Positions 45,242 through 58,627 of a stretch of 64,000 nt of DNA are shown piece by piece. The notes under the pieces are model-generated. The model made no database searches. It was not told where the DNA came from and worked only from the letters and a program-made list of their open reading frames with translations. The stretch is taken from the NCBI GenBank assembly GCA_963575745.1, contig CAUYUJ010000170.1:248001-312000 (forward strand), read 5' to 3'. Source of the stretch: Prorocentrum cordatum (Eukaryota). Every line of letters starts with the position of its first letter. Within the stretch, counting starts at the first letter, position 1. The position numbers and the translations under genes are program-made.

Positions 45242-46089
45242 TTAGCCTCGCGGAAGACCCAACCATATGCAGCTGTGTGCACCGCCATTGTTAGTATCGT
45301 CTTCGGTGAAGCTCCTCATAGGGCCACGAAACGTGTGAGGGGTGTGCCGACATGAGTGTGGCGCACGCATGTGGACGGTGCCACTAGGGCGTTGGGTGGA
45401 GCTCCCTACGGGGCCACGAAACATGCGAGGCGTGTGCCGACATGAGTGTGGCGCACGCATGTGGACGGTGCCTCTTGGGCCTTCGGTGGAGCTCCCTATA
45501 GGGCCACGCAACGTGTGAGAGGTGTACCCACATGGGTGTGGCGGACGCATGTGGGCGGTGCCACTGGGGCTTTGGGTGGAGCTCCCTATGGGGCCACGCA
45601 ACGTGTGAGAGGTGTACCCACATGGGTGTGGCGGACGCATGTGGGCGGTCCCACTGGGGCCTTGGGTGGAGCTCCCTATGGGGCCACGAAACGTGTGAGG
45701 GGTGTGCCGAAATGGGTGTGGCGGACGCATGAGGACGGTGCCTCTGGGGCCCTGGGTGGAGCTCACTATGGGGCCACGAAACGAGTGAGGGGTGTGCCGA
45801 AATGGGTGTGATGTGAACGGTGCCACTGGGGCCTTGGGTGGAGCTCCCTACGAGGCCACGACACGAGTGAGGGGTGTGCCGACATGGGTGTGGCGGACGC
45901 ATATGGACGGTGCCACTGGGGCCTTCGGTGGAGCTCCCTATGGGGCCACGAAGGGTGAGATGGGTGTGCCGTAGTGAGGGGGGTGACGGACTGAGGGAAA
46001 AGCAGGAGGAGGAGGAGGAGGAGGAGAAGGAACGCGGGGCGCTGCCTCTTCAAACCGAGGACCCAACACCACAGGATGGTTGGGAAAAA
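45242..46089 (+). mobile_element. Array-carrying non-autonomous element, copy 1
   Basis: Head TTAGCCT...GACCCAACCATATGCAG; tandem ~90-bp units with core GGTGGAGCTCCCTATGGGGCCACG; (GGA)n; tail GAACGCGG...GAGGACCCAACACCACAGGATGGTTGGGAA. Confidence 0.75.
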
Positions 46090-47612
46090 CTTCTCAGAAG
46101 GCGCGAGGGCTTCTGAGAAGTCCCGCCGCCTTCTGAGAAGGCCTTCCCTTTCTCAGTTCCCTTCCTCGCTCGCCGCCGAACAATGGGGTTTTCGATTTAG
46201 ACCTCTTCGACGCCCATGACCCTAAGTGAAGCCATGCGCAGGAGTTGCACAGGCTGGGGCTGTCATTGCTTCAAGGCGTGATCTCGCTGGACACCTCCTT
46301 GAATTGTATGATAATGCGCTGGCGCGTTCCTCATTACTCGCTGAAAGGACACAAGACAGTTCCTTTCTTCTCGCAGCGGCGTTCTCGGGTCCTCCTCCCC
46401 CTCCTTCTGCAGCCCCTCCTCTTACAACCCACCCACCCCGCGAGGATGGGGGGGGGGACGGCAATGAGGAGGAGCGGACGCCAAGGAGGAGGATGGGGAC
46501 GGCAAGGAGGAGGATGGGATGGCGAGGAGGAGGAGGTGGAGGAGGAGGCGGAGGAGGAGGAGGAGGAGGAGGAGGAGGGAGGGATGCGGAGTAGCAGAGG
46601 TGGGGGGTCGCGATCGGCCCCCAGCGGACGGTCGTTGGGCGGACCCCTGGGGAAGGCACCGCGCTCCGAGGGAGCGGGCCTGCAAGACTCGGCAGCGGGG
46701 GAGATCACGGGGGCGCGGCCCCACCTCCTCCTCCTCCTCCTCCTCCTCCTCCTCCTCTCCTCCTCCTCCCTCCTCCTCCTTCCTCCTCCTCCTCCTCCTC
46801 CTCCTCCTCCTCCTCCTCCTCCTCCTCCTCCTCCTCCTCCACACCCGACGATGCATGGCCTCTTCAGCGCGCAGCAGGGGAAAGGGCGGCACCACCACCA
46901 CCACCACCACCACCACCAGCGCGAGGCGCCAGGGAGGTCCCTCCTGGAGGGGGAGGAGGAGGAGGAGGAGGAGGAGGAGGAGGAGGAGGAGGAGGAGGAT
47001 GAGGAGGAGGAGGGGAGGGGAGGAGGAGGAGGAGGGGGAGGGAGGGGGGAGGAGGAAGAGGAGGAGGAGGAGAAGGAGGAGGAAGAGACATCCCCTGCCC
47101 CCCAGGTCGGGGAGGCCTCGTGGACGCCCTCGCTGGAGGTGACCCCCCCCTGGTGGGGGTGGGTTGTCTCCTCTCCCTTCTCCAACGAGGAGGTCCCGAC
47201 CCCTTCATCAGGGGACACGTCTTCGTCCTGGACCCGTGTTTGATGGTCCCAGAGGGCCGATGAAGTCAGACCAAGGACAGAAGAACACCCTGCGAGAACA
47301 TGAGACCCTCCGCAGGCCAAAACACACAAAACATCCAAGGTCCCCCCCCCCTGGACGCACAAGAACACCCAACAGACACGAAGAACACATCAGGGTACCG
47401 TCCCCGAACCGACCTCGACCTGATACCTCGGCCTGACTGCACACGCGCCCCAGGGACCGAGATCGAGGCAAAACGCCGGGGCGGAAGAGATCACACCGCC
47501 GAAGGTCTGGAGGGCGCTGCAGCCAAGAATTGAGCATAGACCGACCGTCCCGGCATTCATATAAGCCTACCACGACATGTTCTTAGAACCCAAAGATGTT
47601 CGAATAACAAAA

Positions 47613-48851
47613 TTATCTTGGCGAAGGACCCAACCAAATGCAGTTGTGGGTACCGCAATTGTGAATGTCTTCTGTGGTGAAACTCCCTATGGGGCCACGA
47701 AGCGCTGCACTGGGCGGCGGGGGACGCATACGGGCCGTAGCAGTGGGCAACGAAGCGCTGCAATGGGGGGGGGGGGGGAATGCGACGCATGCGGGCGGTA
47801 GCAGTGGGGTCGTCGGTGAAGCTCCATATGGGGCCACGAAACGCTGTACTGGGCTAGTGAAAATGCCAAATTGGGCATGTGGGACGCATGCGGGCGGTCC
47901 CACTGGGGGCTTCGGTGGAGCACCCTGTGGGGCCACGAGACGCTGTACTGGGTACGTGAAATTGCCAGATTCGGTGTGTGTGGGACGCATGCGGGCGATA
48001 GCATTGGGGGCTTCGGTGGAGCTCCCTATGGGGCCACGAGACGCTGTGCTGGGTACGTGAATTTGCCAAATTGGGTGTGTGGGGCGCATGCGGGCGGTAG
48101 CACTGGGGGTTTCGGTGGAGCTCCCAATGGGGCCACGAAACGCCGTACTGGGTGGGTGAAAATGCCACATTGCGCGTGTGGGACGCACGCGGGCGGTCCC
48201 ACTGGGGGCTTCGCTGGAGCTCCCTATGGGGCCACGAGACGCTGTACTGGATATGTGAAAATGCCAAATTTGGTTTTCAGGGCGCATGCGGACGGTAGCA
48301 CTGGGACCTTCGGTGGAGCTCCATATGGGGCCACGAGACGCTGTACTGTGTGGGGGGGGCGCATGCGGACGGTAGCACTGGGACGTTTGGTGGGGCTCCA
48401 TATGGGGCCACGAAAAGCTGTACTGGGTGGGGGACGCATGCGGACGGTAGCACTGGGATCTCCGGTGGGGACCCCTATGGGGCCACGAGACGCTGTACTG
48501 GGTGGGGGGAGGCATGCGGACGGTAGCACTGGGACGTTTGGTGGGGCTCCCTATGGGGCCACGAAACGCTGTGCTGGGTGGGGGGGGGGGGCGCATGCGG
48601 ACAGTAGCATTGGGACCTTCGGTGGGGCTCACTATGGGGCCACGAAGCGCTGTACTGGGTGGGGGGGGGCGCATGTGGACTATGCCATTGGGGTTTTGGG
48701 TGGAGCTCCCTATGAGGCCACGAAACGCTGTACTGCTGGGTGGGGGGACGCATGCGGACGGTATGAGGAGGAGGGGAGGAGGAGTAGAGGAGGGGAACGC
48801 GGGGCAACGTCTTTTCAAAAAGAGGACCCAACACCACAGGATGATTGGGAA
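47613..48851 (+). mobile_element. Array-carrying non-autonomous element, copy 2
   Basis: Same head, unit core and tail as 45242-46089; units ~75-100 bp. Confidence 0.75.
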
Positions 48852-48886
48852 CAATTGTTCTAAAACCAAAGCCCGATGTGTTAATA

Positions 48887-49862
48887 TTATCCTGACCAAG
48901 GGCCCAGTCATATGCAGGTGTGAGTACCGCGTTGTGGATGCCGCTGTCGGTGGAACTCCCTATGGGGCCACAAAAACGTGAGGAACGTGCCGTAATGGGT
49001 AGGGGAGACGCATGCGGGCGGTGCCAGTGGGGCCTTCGGTGGGGCTCCCTATGGACCACGAAACGCTGTAATGGGTGTGGCGGGCGCATGCGGGCGGTGC
49101 CCCTCGCTGGAGTTTCTGATGAGGCCACGGAACGCTGTAGTGGTTGGGGGAGACGCATGCGGGCGGTGCCACTGGGGTCTTTCTGTGGAGCTCCCTACGG
49201 GGCCACGAAACGCTGTATTGGGTGGTGGCCGACGCATGCGGGCGGTGTCAGTGGGGGCTTCGGTGGATCCCTACGGGGCCACGAAGCGCTGTACTGGAAG
49301 GGGGGCGCATGCGGGCGGTGCCACTGGGGCTTTCGGTGGAGCTTCGCATGGGCCCACGATGCGCTGTACTGGGTGGGGGGTCGCATGCGTGCGGTGCCAC
49401 TGGGGCTTGGTGGAGCTCCCAATCAATGAGGCAGCGAAATGCTGTACTGGATGATGGTGGACGACGCATGCGTGGAGCTCCCTACGGGGCCACGAAGCGC
49501 TGTACTGGGTGGTGGCTGACGCATGCGGGCGGTGCCACTGGGACCATCGGTGGAGCTCCGTATGGGGCCACGAAACGCTGCACTGGGTGGTGGCTGACGC
49601 ATGCGGGCGGTCCCACTGGGACCTTCGGTAGAATTCACATTGGGACCTTCGGTGATGGGTGTGCCGAAATGGTGGAAATGCGGAGGGCAGAGGTAAGGGA
49701 TGGGGGGAGGGGGAGGGAGGAGGAGGAGGAGGAAGAGGAGGAGGAGGAGGAGGAGGAGGAGGACGAGGAGGAGGAGGAGGAGGAGGAGGGGAAGGGCGAG
49801 GAGGAGGAACGCGGTGACCGTCTCTTCAAGATGAGGACCCAACACCACAGGATGGTTGGGAA
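48887..49862 (+). mobile_element. Array-carrying non-autonomous element, copy 3
   Basis: Same architecture, ~35 bp downstream of copy 2 in the same orientation. Confidence 0.75.
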
Positions 49863-50008
49863 CAAGGCAGCCTCAGCCAGGACACAAAAGGCTCTCAGAC
49901 CATTCTTTGGTGGGCTTTTAGGCCAGCCAGGACGCCTCGCCACTGCTCGAAAGAAGGGGCCGCGGGCTCCGTCGCCGCGCGGGGGGAGGTGCCGTCCCCG
50001 CTCGCCCC

Positions 50009-50116
50009 CTAAGCCTCGGCGTCGCCCCCGGCGCGCGGGGACTCCTTCAGCGAGGGCATGCGCTCGTGGACCCTGCTGTCGGACCTCATCCTCGAGACCT
50101 GGGCCACGTCCAGGTC
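50009..50116 (-). CDS. Probable last exon of the EF-hand gene (DLDVAQVSRMRSDSRVHERMPSLKESPRAGGDAEA*)
   Basis: AAG|GAC acceptor, GC3-biased codons, phase-0 compatible with the donor at 53539. Confidence 0.4.
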   Translation of the reverse strand, partial: DLDVAQVSRMRSDSRVHERMPSLKESPRAGGDAEA

Positions 50117-50561
50117 CTTCAAGGGGCGACGACATCTACGCACACGCGGCGGATGTCGGAAAAGCCCCGAACCCAACAACGGTTTCATCTCTTGGGGGCG
50201 CATCTTTTACTTTCGCCGCCTTCCGCCGAGCTTCCGCCAGCTTCAGCCGGCGGGGGCGGCCTCGTTTTACTTCCGCCGACCGCCCTTCCGCCGCCTTCCG
50301 CCGGGGAAGAGATGCCAACTCCTTCGCTCCTCGAAGGCAATGCCCTGTTTGGAACGCCCCGCATAGCCCCCCTAAGAGGCTCCCAAAAAGACCAGCAAAA
50401 CCTTCAAGAAGGCCCCAAGCGGGGCCCAAGAGAAGCCCAGGACGGGGGAACTCGGAGGAACCTGGGAGCCTTCCCCTACAAAAAGGCCCCCTAGACCCCC
50501 TGCATGCCCCCAAAGAGGCCCCAAACAGGCCACCGCCCCTGGCCAGGCGACGACGACGAAA

Positions 50562-50601
<40 letters not shown>

Positions 50602-50765
50602 CACCACAGCACCACCCCACACCCACAGGGGGGGGGGCGGGGGCGCGGCACCCTCCTCCAACACGCCACGCCCACAGGGCCACGACCACAGAGGGGGTGG
50701 GGATCTGGCCAGGGGCGGTGGATTATATACACATATATATATATATATAGGTACATATAGTGTAC

Positions 50766-50797
<32 letters not shown>

Positions 50798-52689
50798 GCA
50801 CCCGTGCATTCATGCAAACGCGCATACATGCATACATACATACACAAATGCAGACATGAGAAGATACGTATTCCATGTATTTGGACATACAGATCGAAGA
50901 TTGCAGTATACTGACGCTTCGCGCCATGCACCTGTGTCCTTGAAGTTTGGCATGCAGGCGGAATGGCAGGAAGGTCGAACAAACAATTTAGCGATAACTC
51001 CTTGTGGCCTTTCCCGGCATCGCCGTCATGATAATGGTATTCGTTATTCTTCCTCCATGCTTCGTTTTCCTCATTATCGCCCTACCCTGCGAATTCTTCC
51101 TCACCCTCCTGAGCTCTTTTTGCGGAGGCTCCTCCTTGGAGAGCCTCTGGGGGCCTCACGAAAGAGGTTCGAGCTTTTTAACCTTCTGGAGGCCTCCTGG
51201 ACGTCTTCAGGGGACCTCTGGGGGCTTCCTCGGGCCGCCCTGCCTCCAACCACGGTCTCCCTGAACGACGGGGTCACGAATTGGAATGCTTCGGAGGGTG
51301 TCTTGGGGCCATCTTGGGCCGTCATGGGGCTTTCTTAGGCCATCTTGGAACTCTGTTGTGCAGTCTTGGAGCTCTCTTGGACTGCCTGGAAGCCCTGTCG
51401 GACGGTTTTGGGGGCGATTTTCGAGCCTCCCAAGCGGTCTCGGACGCCCCGAAGACCGTAGAACAGGGCACTCCCCAAAGCATGCAAAAACCTTGGAAAA
51501 TCTAGATTTGTGTCTGCGTCTGGGGAGCCTCTTGGGGGTCTTCTTAGGGTCGATTTCGGGCGTCGGGTGAGGAGGAGGAGGAGGAGGAGGAGGAGCAGGA
51601 GGAGGAGGAGGGGGAGGGGAAGGAGGAGGAGGAGGAGGAGAAGGAGGAGGAGGAGGTGGAAGAGGAGGAGCTGGGGCCTCTTGGGGCGCTCGGCGGCTCG
51701 ACCGCCCTCCTGACAGATTTGGGCCCATTGCCTGGGCCCGGCATGGGCTTCCAGGAGCTCTAAAACGCCTGGGGGGCCTCCCGCAGGGGCGTCCAGGAGG
51801 TCCCCCAGGCCACGGATCAAGGGGGTCCAGAGGGTCCTGGGGGCCCGGGATTCGGGGGGTACGACTTCGGGGGGGGGTCCCCGGTAATCAATGTGTGTGT
51901 GTATATACAAGTGGCACGTGTGTGCCCAGGCTCATACAACAAGCTGAAGGGGCGTTTGAAGCAGGAGTGACATGCAACAGCGAAGTCGCACTCGAGCGCA
52001 AGTGGGGTTGCCACACCTTGCGATGTGTGTACCAGGGCCCCCCAGGAAGCCTCAGGAGGCCCGACTTGGATACCAGAAGAGGCTCCAGGAGGCCCCAGGA
52101 TTGTGAGTGTTGTGTGTGTGTGTGTGTGTGTGTGTGATGTGTGCTTTGTGTGGTGCGTGCTTTTTGCGTGTTGTCGGTGTTGTGTGTGTGTATGTTATGT
52201 TTGTCTAGCGTGTGATGTGTTGGGCGTGATTTGTGTCTCTGTGTGTGCATGTAGTTCTGAAGCCCCAGGAGGCCCCAGGAGGCCCCAGGCGGCCTCAGCA
52301 GGCCCAGGAGAACTCCAGGAGGCTCCGAGGCGGGGTCTGGGGTACCAGAAGGTCCAGAAAGCCCCAGGAGGCCCCAGGAGGTTCCAGGAGGCCCCCAGGA
52401 GGCTCCGAGGAGGGGTCTGGGGCTCGATTTTGGGAGGATGTCTCAGGCGAAACCGCCATTCTCTGAGAATCGGAGTCAAAATCATTGAAATTACCATGTG
52501 TTTTTGAAGGTTGTATGATAAAATGTTGGAAATCCTATGTGTTTTTGGACCCTGACGTCACGATCTGCGTGAGGGGTGCCACCGATTTTCAGAATTTCGA
52601 GGATGTCCCGAGCGAAACGGCCAGAAAAATCGCGAACGACGGACGCATAAATCGCCTCTGAGCTCTACTCCCTCGGAGAGGTGCGTATG

Positions 52690-53058
52690 AGAATATATAT
52701 ATTCTTAATATATATATAATATATATATATATATGTGTGTGTGTGTTGTATGTCTATATTATATATATGTGTAGACAAATGTATTGAAACGAACAAATGT
52801 TATACGACTGGGAGAATATAGTTATATATGTATATGTAGAAGGATATGCATACAGGCATACATACATACATACATACATGCATGCATGCATACATATATA
52901 CATACATACATACATACATACATACATACATACATACATACATACACACATACATACGTACGTACGTACATACATACATACATACACCCGCATATCTACA
53001 TACATACGTGCATACATACATACATACATACATGCATACATGCATACATACATGTATG

Positions 53059-53097
<39 letters not shown>

Positions 53098-53520
53098 GCA
53101 TACATACACATAAACATACACATAAACATACGCATAACCATGTGTGTATGGTTGTATGCATGTAGTTAAGTATGTATGTATATGTATGGTTGTATGCATG
53201 CATGTATGTATGTGCGTGTATATATGTCTGTGCGTATGTACGTATGTGCGTATGTGCGTCTGTACGTATGTACGTATGTATGTATGTGTGCATGTATGCA
53301 TGTGAGTATGTATGTGTGTATGTATGTATGGATGTATGTATGTATGTATGTATGTATGTAGGTATGTATGTGTGTATGTGTGTATGTGTGTATGTATGTA
53401 TGTATGTATGTATGTATGTATGTATGTATGTATGTATGTGTGTATGCATGTATGTATGTATGTTTGTATATGCGCATGTATGTATGGATGTATGTATGTA
53501 TGTGTCCATATATATATGTC
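52690..53520. repeat. AT-rich microsatellite, (CATA)n followed by (TATG)n
   Basis: Motif switches to its reverse complement near 53140-53170. Confidence 0.9.
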
Positions 53521-53538
53521 TATTGATCGTCGTCCAAC

Positions 53539-53846
53539 CTTCACGTCGCCCTCCACCTCCGCCAGGCCCAGGTGCACGTCCCGCCCATGCTCGCCCCTGA
53601 CGTACACCCTCAGGAAGTCAAGAAACGTCACGCTGCGCGTGTCGTCCCCGTCCGCGTGGAGGGCCTTGAACTCCTCTCGGAGCTGCGCGTCCGTATAGCC
53701 GTTCTGGAACTTGGCGTTGAAGGTCCGCAGATTCTCAAGGGTTATCCTGCCCTGGTGATCCTGGTCGAGGAAGTCGAACGCCTCCTTCTGCTCGAGGATC
53801 TTCTCCTTCTCCAACTTAAAGCGGTCGACGAGGAGGGCTGACAAAT
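53539..53846 (-). CDS. EF-hand (calmodulin/centrin-like) protein exon
   Basis: EQKEAFDFL-DQDHQGRITLEN-L is EF-hand-like; second degenerate hand QLREEFKALHADGDDTRSVTFLDFL; donor AAG|GT at 53539; acceptor at 53846 or 53837; upstream exons not identified. Confidence 0.8.
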
Positions 53847-55039
53847 CTATGTGGCGGAGTGGCCCTCCCCCTAATTATCTACCTCGTCCAGTCCCTCCTG
53901 CTGGTGCTCCTCCACCGCCTCGCCCCTCTTCTTGTCCAACTGCTGCCGCAGCTACTGCTGCTGCTGCTGCTGCTGCTCCTCCTCCTCCTCCTTCTCCTCC
54001 TCCTCCTGCTCCTGCCACTCCTCCTCGTGTATCCTCCCTCCTCCTCCTCCTCCTCCCCTTCCCTCTTCCCTCCTCGCTCTTCCCTCATCCCTCCGTTCCC
54101 TTCTCGCCCTCCGTTTCCTCCTCTTTCTCCACCATCTCCTCACCCAGACTCTTTTTACATCTCTTCCCTGCGTTCTAATCCACCATCCTTCCATCCGTTC
54201 CCTCCCCCCGCCTTCTTCTCCTCCTCCTCTGAAAACCTTTTTTTCATTCTGGATAACTCCTCCGTGTCGCGCCACCAGGCACGCTGTTAGGGCGGGACGG
54301 GCGCTTCGCCAAATATTTCTGGATAAAGGCGGATGGAAGGCAGACGGTTTTCAAAATGTGACTCTCGCCGTGGCGCCGCGCACACTCGCATAACAATTAA
54401 CAGCCACACACACACACAAGAAGCAGCAGCTCCAGCAGTCCCTTTTTCATAATGGGGCTATCGCTTGAGACCTCCGTAAATGTTACGACCCCATACTGCG
54501 GCAATCTTGGCATCTCAGCGGGTAGAAAGCCGGATATTGCCACGACCTTGGAGGACAAAGGGGCGTGCCTTGCGAGGCCGAGGAAAAACCAAAGAAGAGG
54601 ATGTCTATGGGGCGCATCACGACGACGCCCGTCTTGTCCGTTTGACGCCGTGCTGCTGTCAGACCCCATACTTGAGTATCGTTGAACCGATCCGTATCCC
54701 CTGCGGCGTGGCGTGGCCTGGGCCCCACTGGCCGATTTACCCCCCTAGATGGGGATGTAGGTCGTTCCCTTGGAGTTTCGAGGGGTGTATCCCCAAATGA
54801 AGATTGGGATCGGTTAAACGAGAATACTGCGGCAGCCGAAGCAGCTCAGCGGATAGAAGACAGGCCCTTTCAGCACGGAGCTCCCGCCCGAACTGCGTTC
54901 CCGTGAGGCGCTCGTCTCTCCCAAGGCCGGCGATTCGCGCAGTGAAGGAGACTGCCAGCAGGGACTGACGAGAAGGGAGCTTGAGACGGGAGGGTGCAGG
55001 GTAGCACCGTTGATACCTGCCGGGTTTACGCTCGTCCTG

Positions 55040-55058
55040 GCCATAGTCGCCCTCATCC

Positions 55059-55097
<39 letters not shown>

Positions 55098-55098
55098 G

Positions 55099-55153
<55 letters not shown>

Positions 55154-57599
55154 GTCATCGTCATCAGCATCATCAGCAGCAGCAACAGCATCATCATCAT
55201 CCTCCTCATCACCTCTATCATCAACAGCGACGGCAGCGACACCACCATCGACATTAGCATCACCAGCCGCCTCCTTCTCGTCATCACCATCAACACCACC
55301 ATCCTCATCGGTTCCGTCAGCACGACCACCATCATCACCCTCTCCAGCACCGTAATCACCACAGCGTCGTCCTCGCCATCATCATCAACATCGCGATCAT
55401 CATCACCAACATCACGATACCCGCAAACATGCTAACCTTAGAATAACATTTGCATCGCCATCATCATCACCGACACGATCAGCATCACCATCACGGTAAC
55501 CGCCGCCATCACAACTATTACCACCTTCATCTGAACCATCAGCCCCATCACCACCATCAACAACACCAACACTATCTCCATGCTCATCATCACCGCCACC
55601 ACCCATCGTCAACATCATCTGCATCATCACCAGCAGCATCATCAGCAGCATCAGCATCAGCATCTTCTTCTTCATCATCATTAGCATCATCAGCGTCATC
55701 ATCATCCTCACCATCGGCAACGTGATCGTCCTCGCCTCGCCACCATCATCAGCATCGTCATCATCACAATAGTCATCATCAGCGTCATCCGCATTATCAG
55801 AGAGAGCGTGATCCACCGCCGCTCTACTCCAGAAAATTCCCCCCCCTCTTCCGCTGGAACACGGGGTCCCCCCCCCTCCGAAAAAAATCACACCCCCCTG
55901 CTGGACCCCCCCCCTTTGCCCCGGGGCCCCCCCCCCCCCTCTACCCCCCCCTGAACCCCTCCGCTCGGGAAAACCGGGGGGGGGCCCCACCGGTTCGAAC
56001 CCCTCCCCCCCTCCAGAAAACGGGCGGGGGGTCACTACCGGTTCGAACCCCCCCCCCTTCCTCGAAAACCGGGGGGGTGTCAATATCGGTTCGAACCCCC
56101 CCTCCCCCCCACCTCCAAAAACGGGGGGGTCACTGCCAGTTTGAACCCCCCCCTCCTCGAGAACCGGGGGGGGGGGTCACTACCGGTTCGAACCCCCCCC
56201 TCCGCCCCTCACCGCCAGCAAACGACACCCGGGTCCCCACCACCGTCCGCACCACATCCCCCACTGACTGCTGTCCCCAGCACCACTGTCCTCACCACCA
56301 CTGTCCCCACTGTTCCCACCACGGTCCCCACTGTCCCCACCAGTGCCCCAACCACTGTCGCACTGTCCCCACTGTCCCCACCACTGTTCCCACCACGGTC
56401 CCACTCTCCCCCCTTTCCCCCACGGTCCCCACCACTGTCCCACTGTCCCCACTGTTCCCGCGACTGTCCCACTGTCCCCACTGTCCCCGCCGCTGTCCCA
56501 CTGTGCTGTCCCACTGTTCCCACCACTGTCCCCACTGTCCCGACGACTGTCCCCACTATACCTCTGTGCCATTGCCCCACCACCGCCCTCGCCACCGCCC
56601 CCCTCACCACTGTCCCCACCACTGTCCCACCACTGTCTCAGTCCCCACCACTGTCCCACTGTCCCCAGTGTTCCCACCATTGTCCCCGCTGTCCCCACCA
56701 GTGCCTCCACTTGTGTCTCACTGTCCCCACTCTCCCCACAAGTTGTCCCACCACTGTCCCACTCTCCCCCAGGGTCCTCACCACTGTCCCACTGCCACCA
56801 CTGTTCCCAAGACTGTCCCACTCACTGTCCCCACTGTCCACGCCGCTGTCCCACTGTGCTGTCCCACTGTCCCCACTGTCCCCACCACTGTCCCACTGAC
56901 CCCACCACTCTCCACACCTCTCTCCCCACTGTACTACTGTCCCATCACCGTCTTCACCACCGCCTTCACCACTGTCCCCACCACTACCGTCCCCACCAAT
57001 GTCCCACTGTCCCCACCACTGTCCCGCTGTCCCCTCCCCACTGTCCCCACCACCACCTTCCCCACCACTGTCCGCACCACTGTCCCACTGTCCCCGCACC
57101 ACTGTCCCCACCACCACCGTTCCCACCACTGTCCTAGTATCCCCACCACTGTCCAAGTGCCCCGGGGAGCGGGAATCGTTTGCCGGCCGCGAGGGAGGGG
57201 GGGGGGGGGGTTCGAACTGGTAGTGACCCCCCCCCCGGCTTTCGAGGGGGGGGAGGGGGTTCGAACCGGTAGTGACCCCCCACTTTTCATGATGGACTGG
57301 GGGGGGGAGGGGCTAGAACCAGTAGTGACCCCCCCCCCCGGTTTTCCCGAGCGGAAAAGGGGGTCAGGGGGGGGTGCCGGGAGGAAGGGGGGCGGGGTGG
57401 TCAGCAGGGGGGGGGTGGGGGGGGATTTTCGAAAGGAGGGGGGGGGGACCCCAGGTTCCGGAGGGAGAGGGGGGGACGGGTCGGGAAACCCCAGTAATAC
57501 CCCCCCCCCGGTTTTCCGACAGCAGCGGTAGAGCACGCTCTTTCCATTATCATCATCGTCATTATCATCATCGTCATCAGCATCGTCGTCGTCAACATG

Positions 57600-57651
<52 letters not shown>

Positions 57652-57676
57652 CCATCATCATCATCAGCAGCATCAG

Positions 57677-57714
<38 letters not shown>

Positions 57715-57811
57715 GCATCAGCATCAGCATCATCATCAGCATCAGCATCATCATCAGCATCAGCATCAGCATTATCATCGTCATCATCATCAGCATCAGC
57801 ATCATCATAGT

Positions 57812-57842
<31 letters not shown>

Positions 57843-58550
57843 GGCATCATCATCGCCACCAGCATCATCGGCATCATCATTATCATCATCATCGTCATCA
57901 TCATCATCAGCATCATCATCATCATCAACATCATGTTCAGCATCATCGTTATCGTCATCGTCGCTCATAAGCATCATCAGCAGCATCATCATCAGAATTG
58001 TCACCATCATCATCAACAGCATCAACATCATCCCGACCATCATCACCACCACCATCATCATCATCACCAGTAGTATCATCAGCATGATCACCATCATCAT
58101 TAGCAGCAGCAGCATCATCACCATCACCATCACCATCACCATGATCATGATCATGAACATCACCATCACCATGATCAATGATCATGATAATAACCATAAT
58201 CATCATCAACATCAGCAGCATTATCACCATCAGCACCATCATGATCATCATCATTAGCATCATCAGCAGCAGCATCACCATTACCATCATCATAACCATC
58301 ATCATCAGCATCATCATTACCACCACCATCATCAACATCATCTCAGAATCATCACCATCATCATCAGCATCATCAGCACAAGCATCATCATCATCAGCAG
58401 CAGCATCATCATCGCCATCATCATCGTCATCATCAGCATCAGCATCATCAACATTATCATAATCATAATCATCAGCATCATCATCAGCATCATCATCAGC
58501 GTCATCATCACCACCATCACCATCACCATCACCATCACCATCACCATCAC

Positions 58551-58625
<75 letters not shown>
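55040..58625. repeat. (CAT)n microsatellite split by a foldback element
   Basis: Imperfect CAT/CAC/CAG runs ~55040-55799 and 57545-58625. Confidence 0.95.
55800..57544. mobile_element. Foldback/MULE-like non-autonomous element with long modular TIRs and 8-bp TSD
   Basis: Ends GAGAGAGCGTGATCCACCGCCGCT / AGCAGCGGTAGAGCACGCTCTTTC; TSD CATTATCA (55792-55799, 57545-57552); ~350-400-bp inverted arms; CCCCACTGT minisatellite core (~56230-57155). Confidence 0.8.

Positions 58626-58627
<2 letters not shown>

Noticed and set aside
45300..49630. CRISPR array
   Set aside because: Linkers between conserved blocks are homologous to one another, units are 75-100 bp, and no cas genes are present.
54490..54860. 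Duplicated ~35-bp segment reading FYPLxCxxCRS on the minus strand
   Set aside because: Too short and frame-ambiguous to call a zinc-finger gene or an exon.
55980..56200. tRNA genes suggested by GGTTCGAACCC
   Set aside because: No cloverleaf or A-box; the motif is a sub-repeat of foldback arms.
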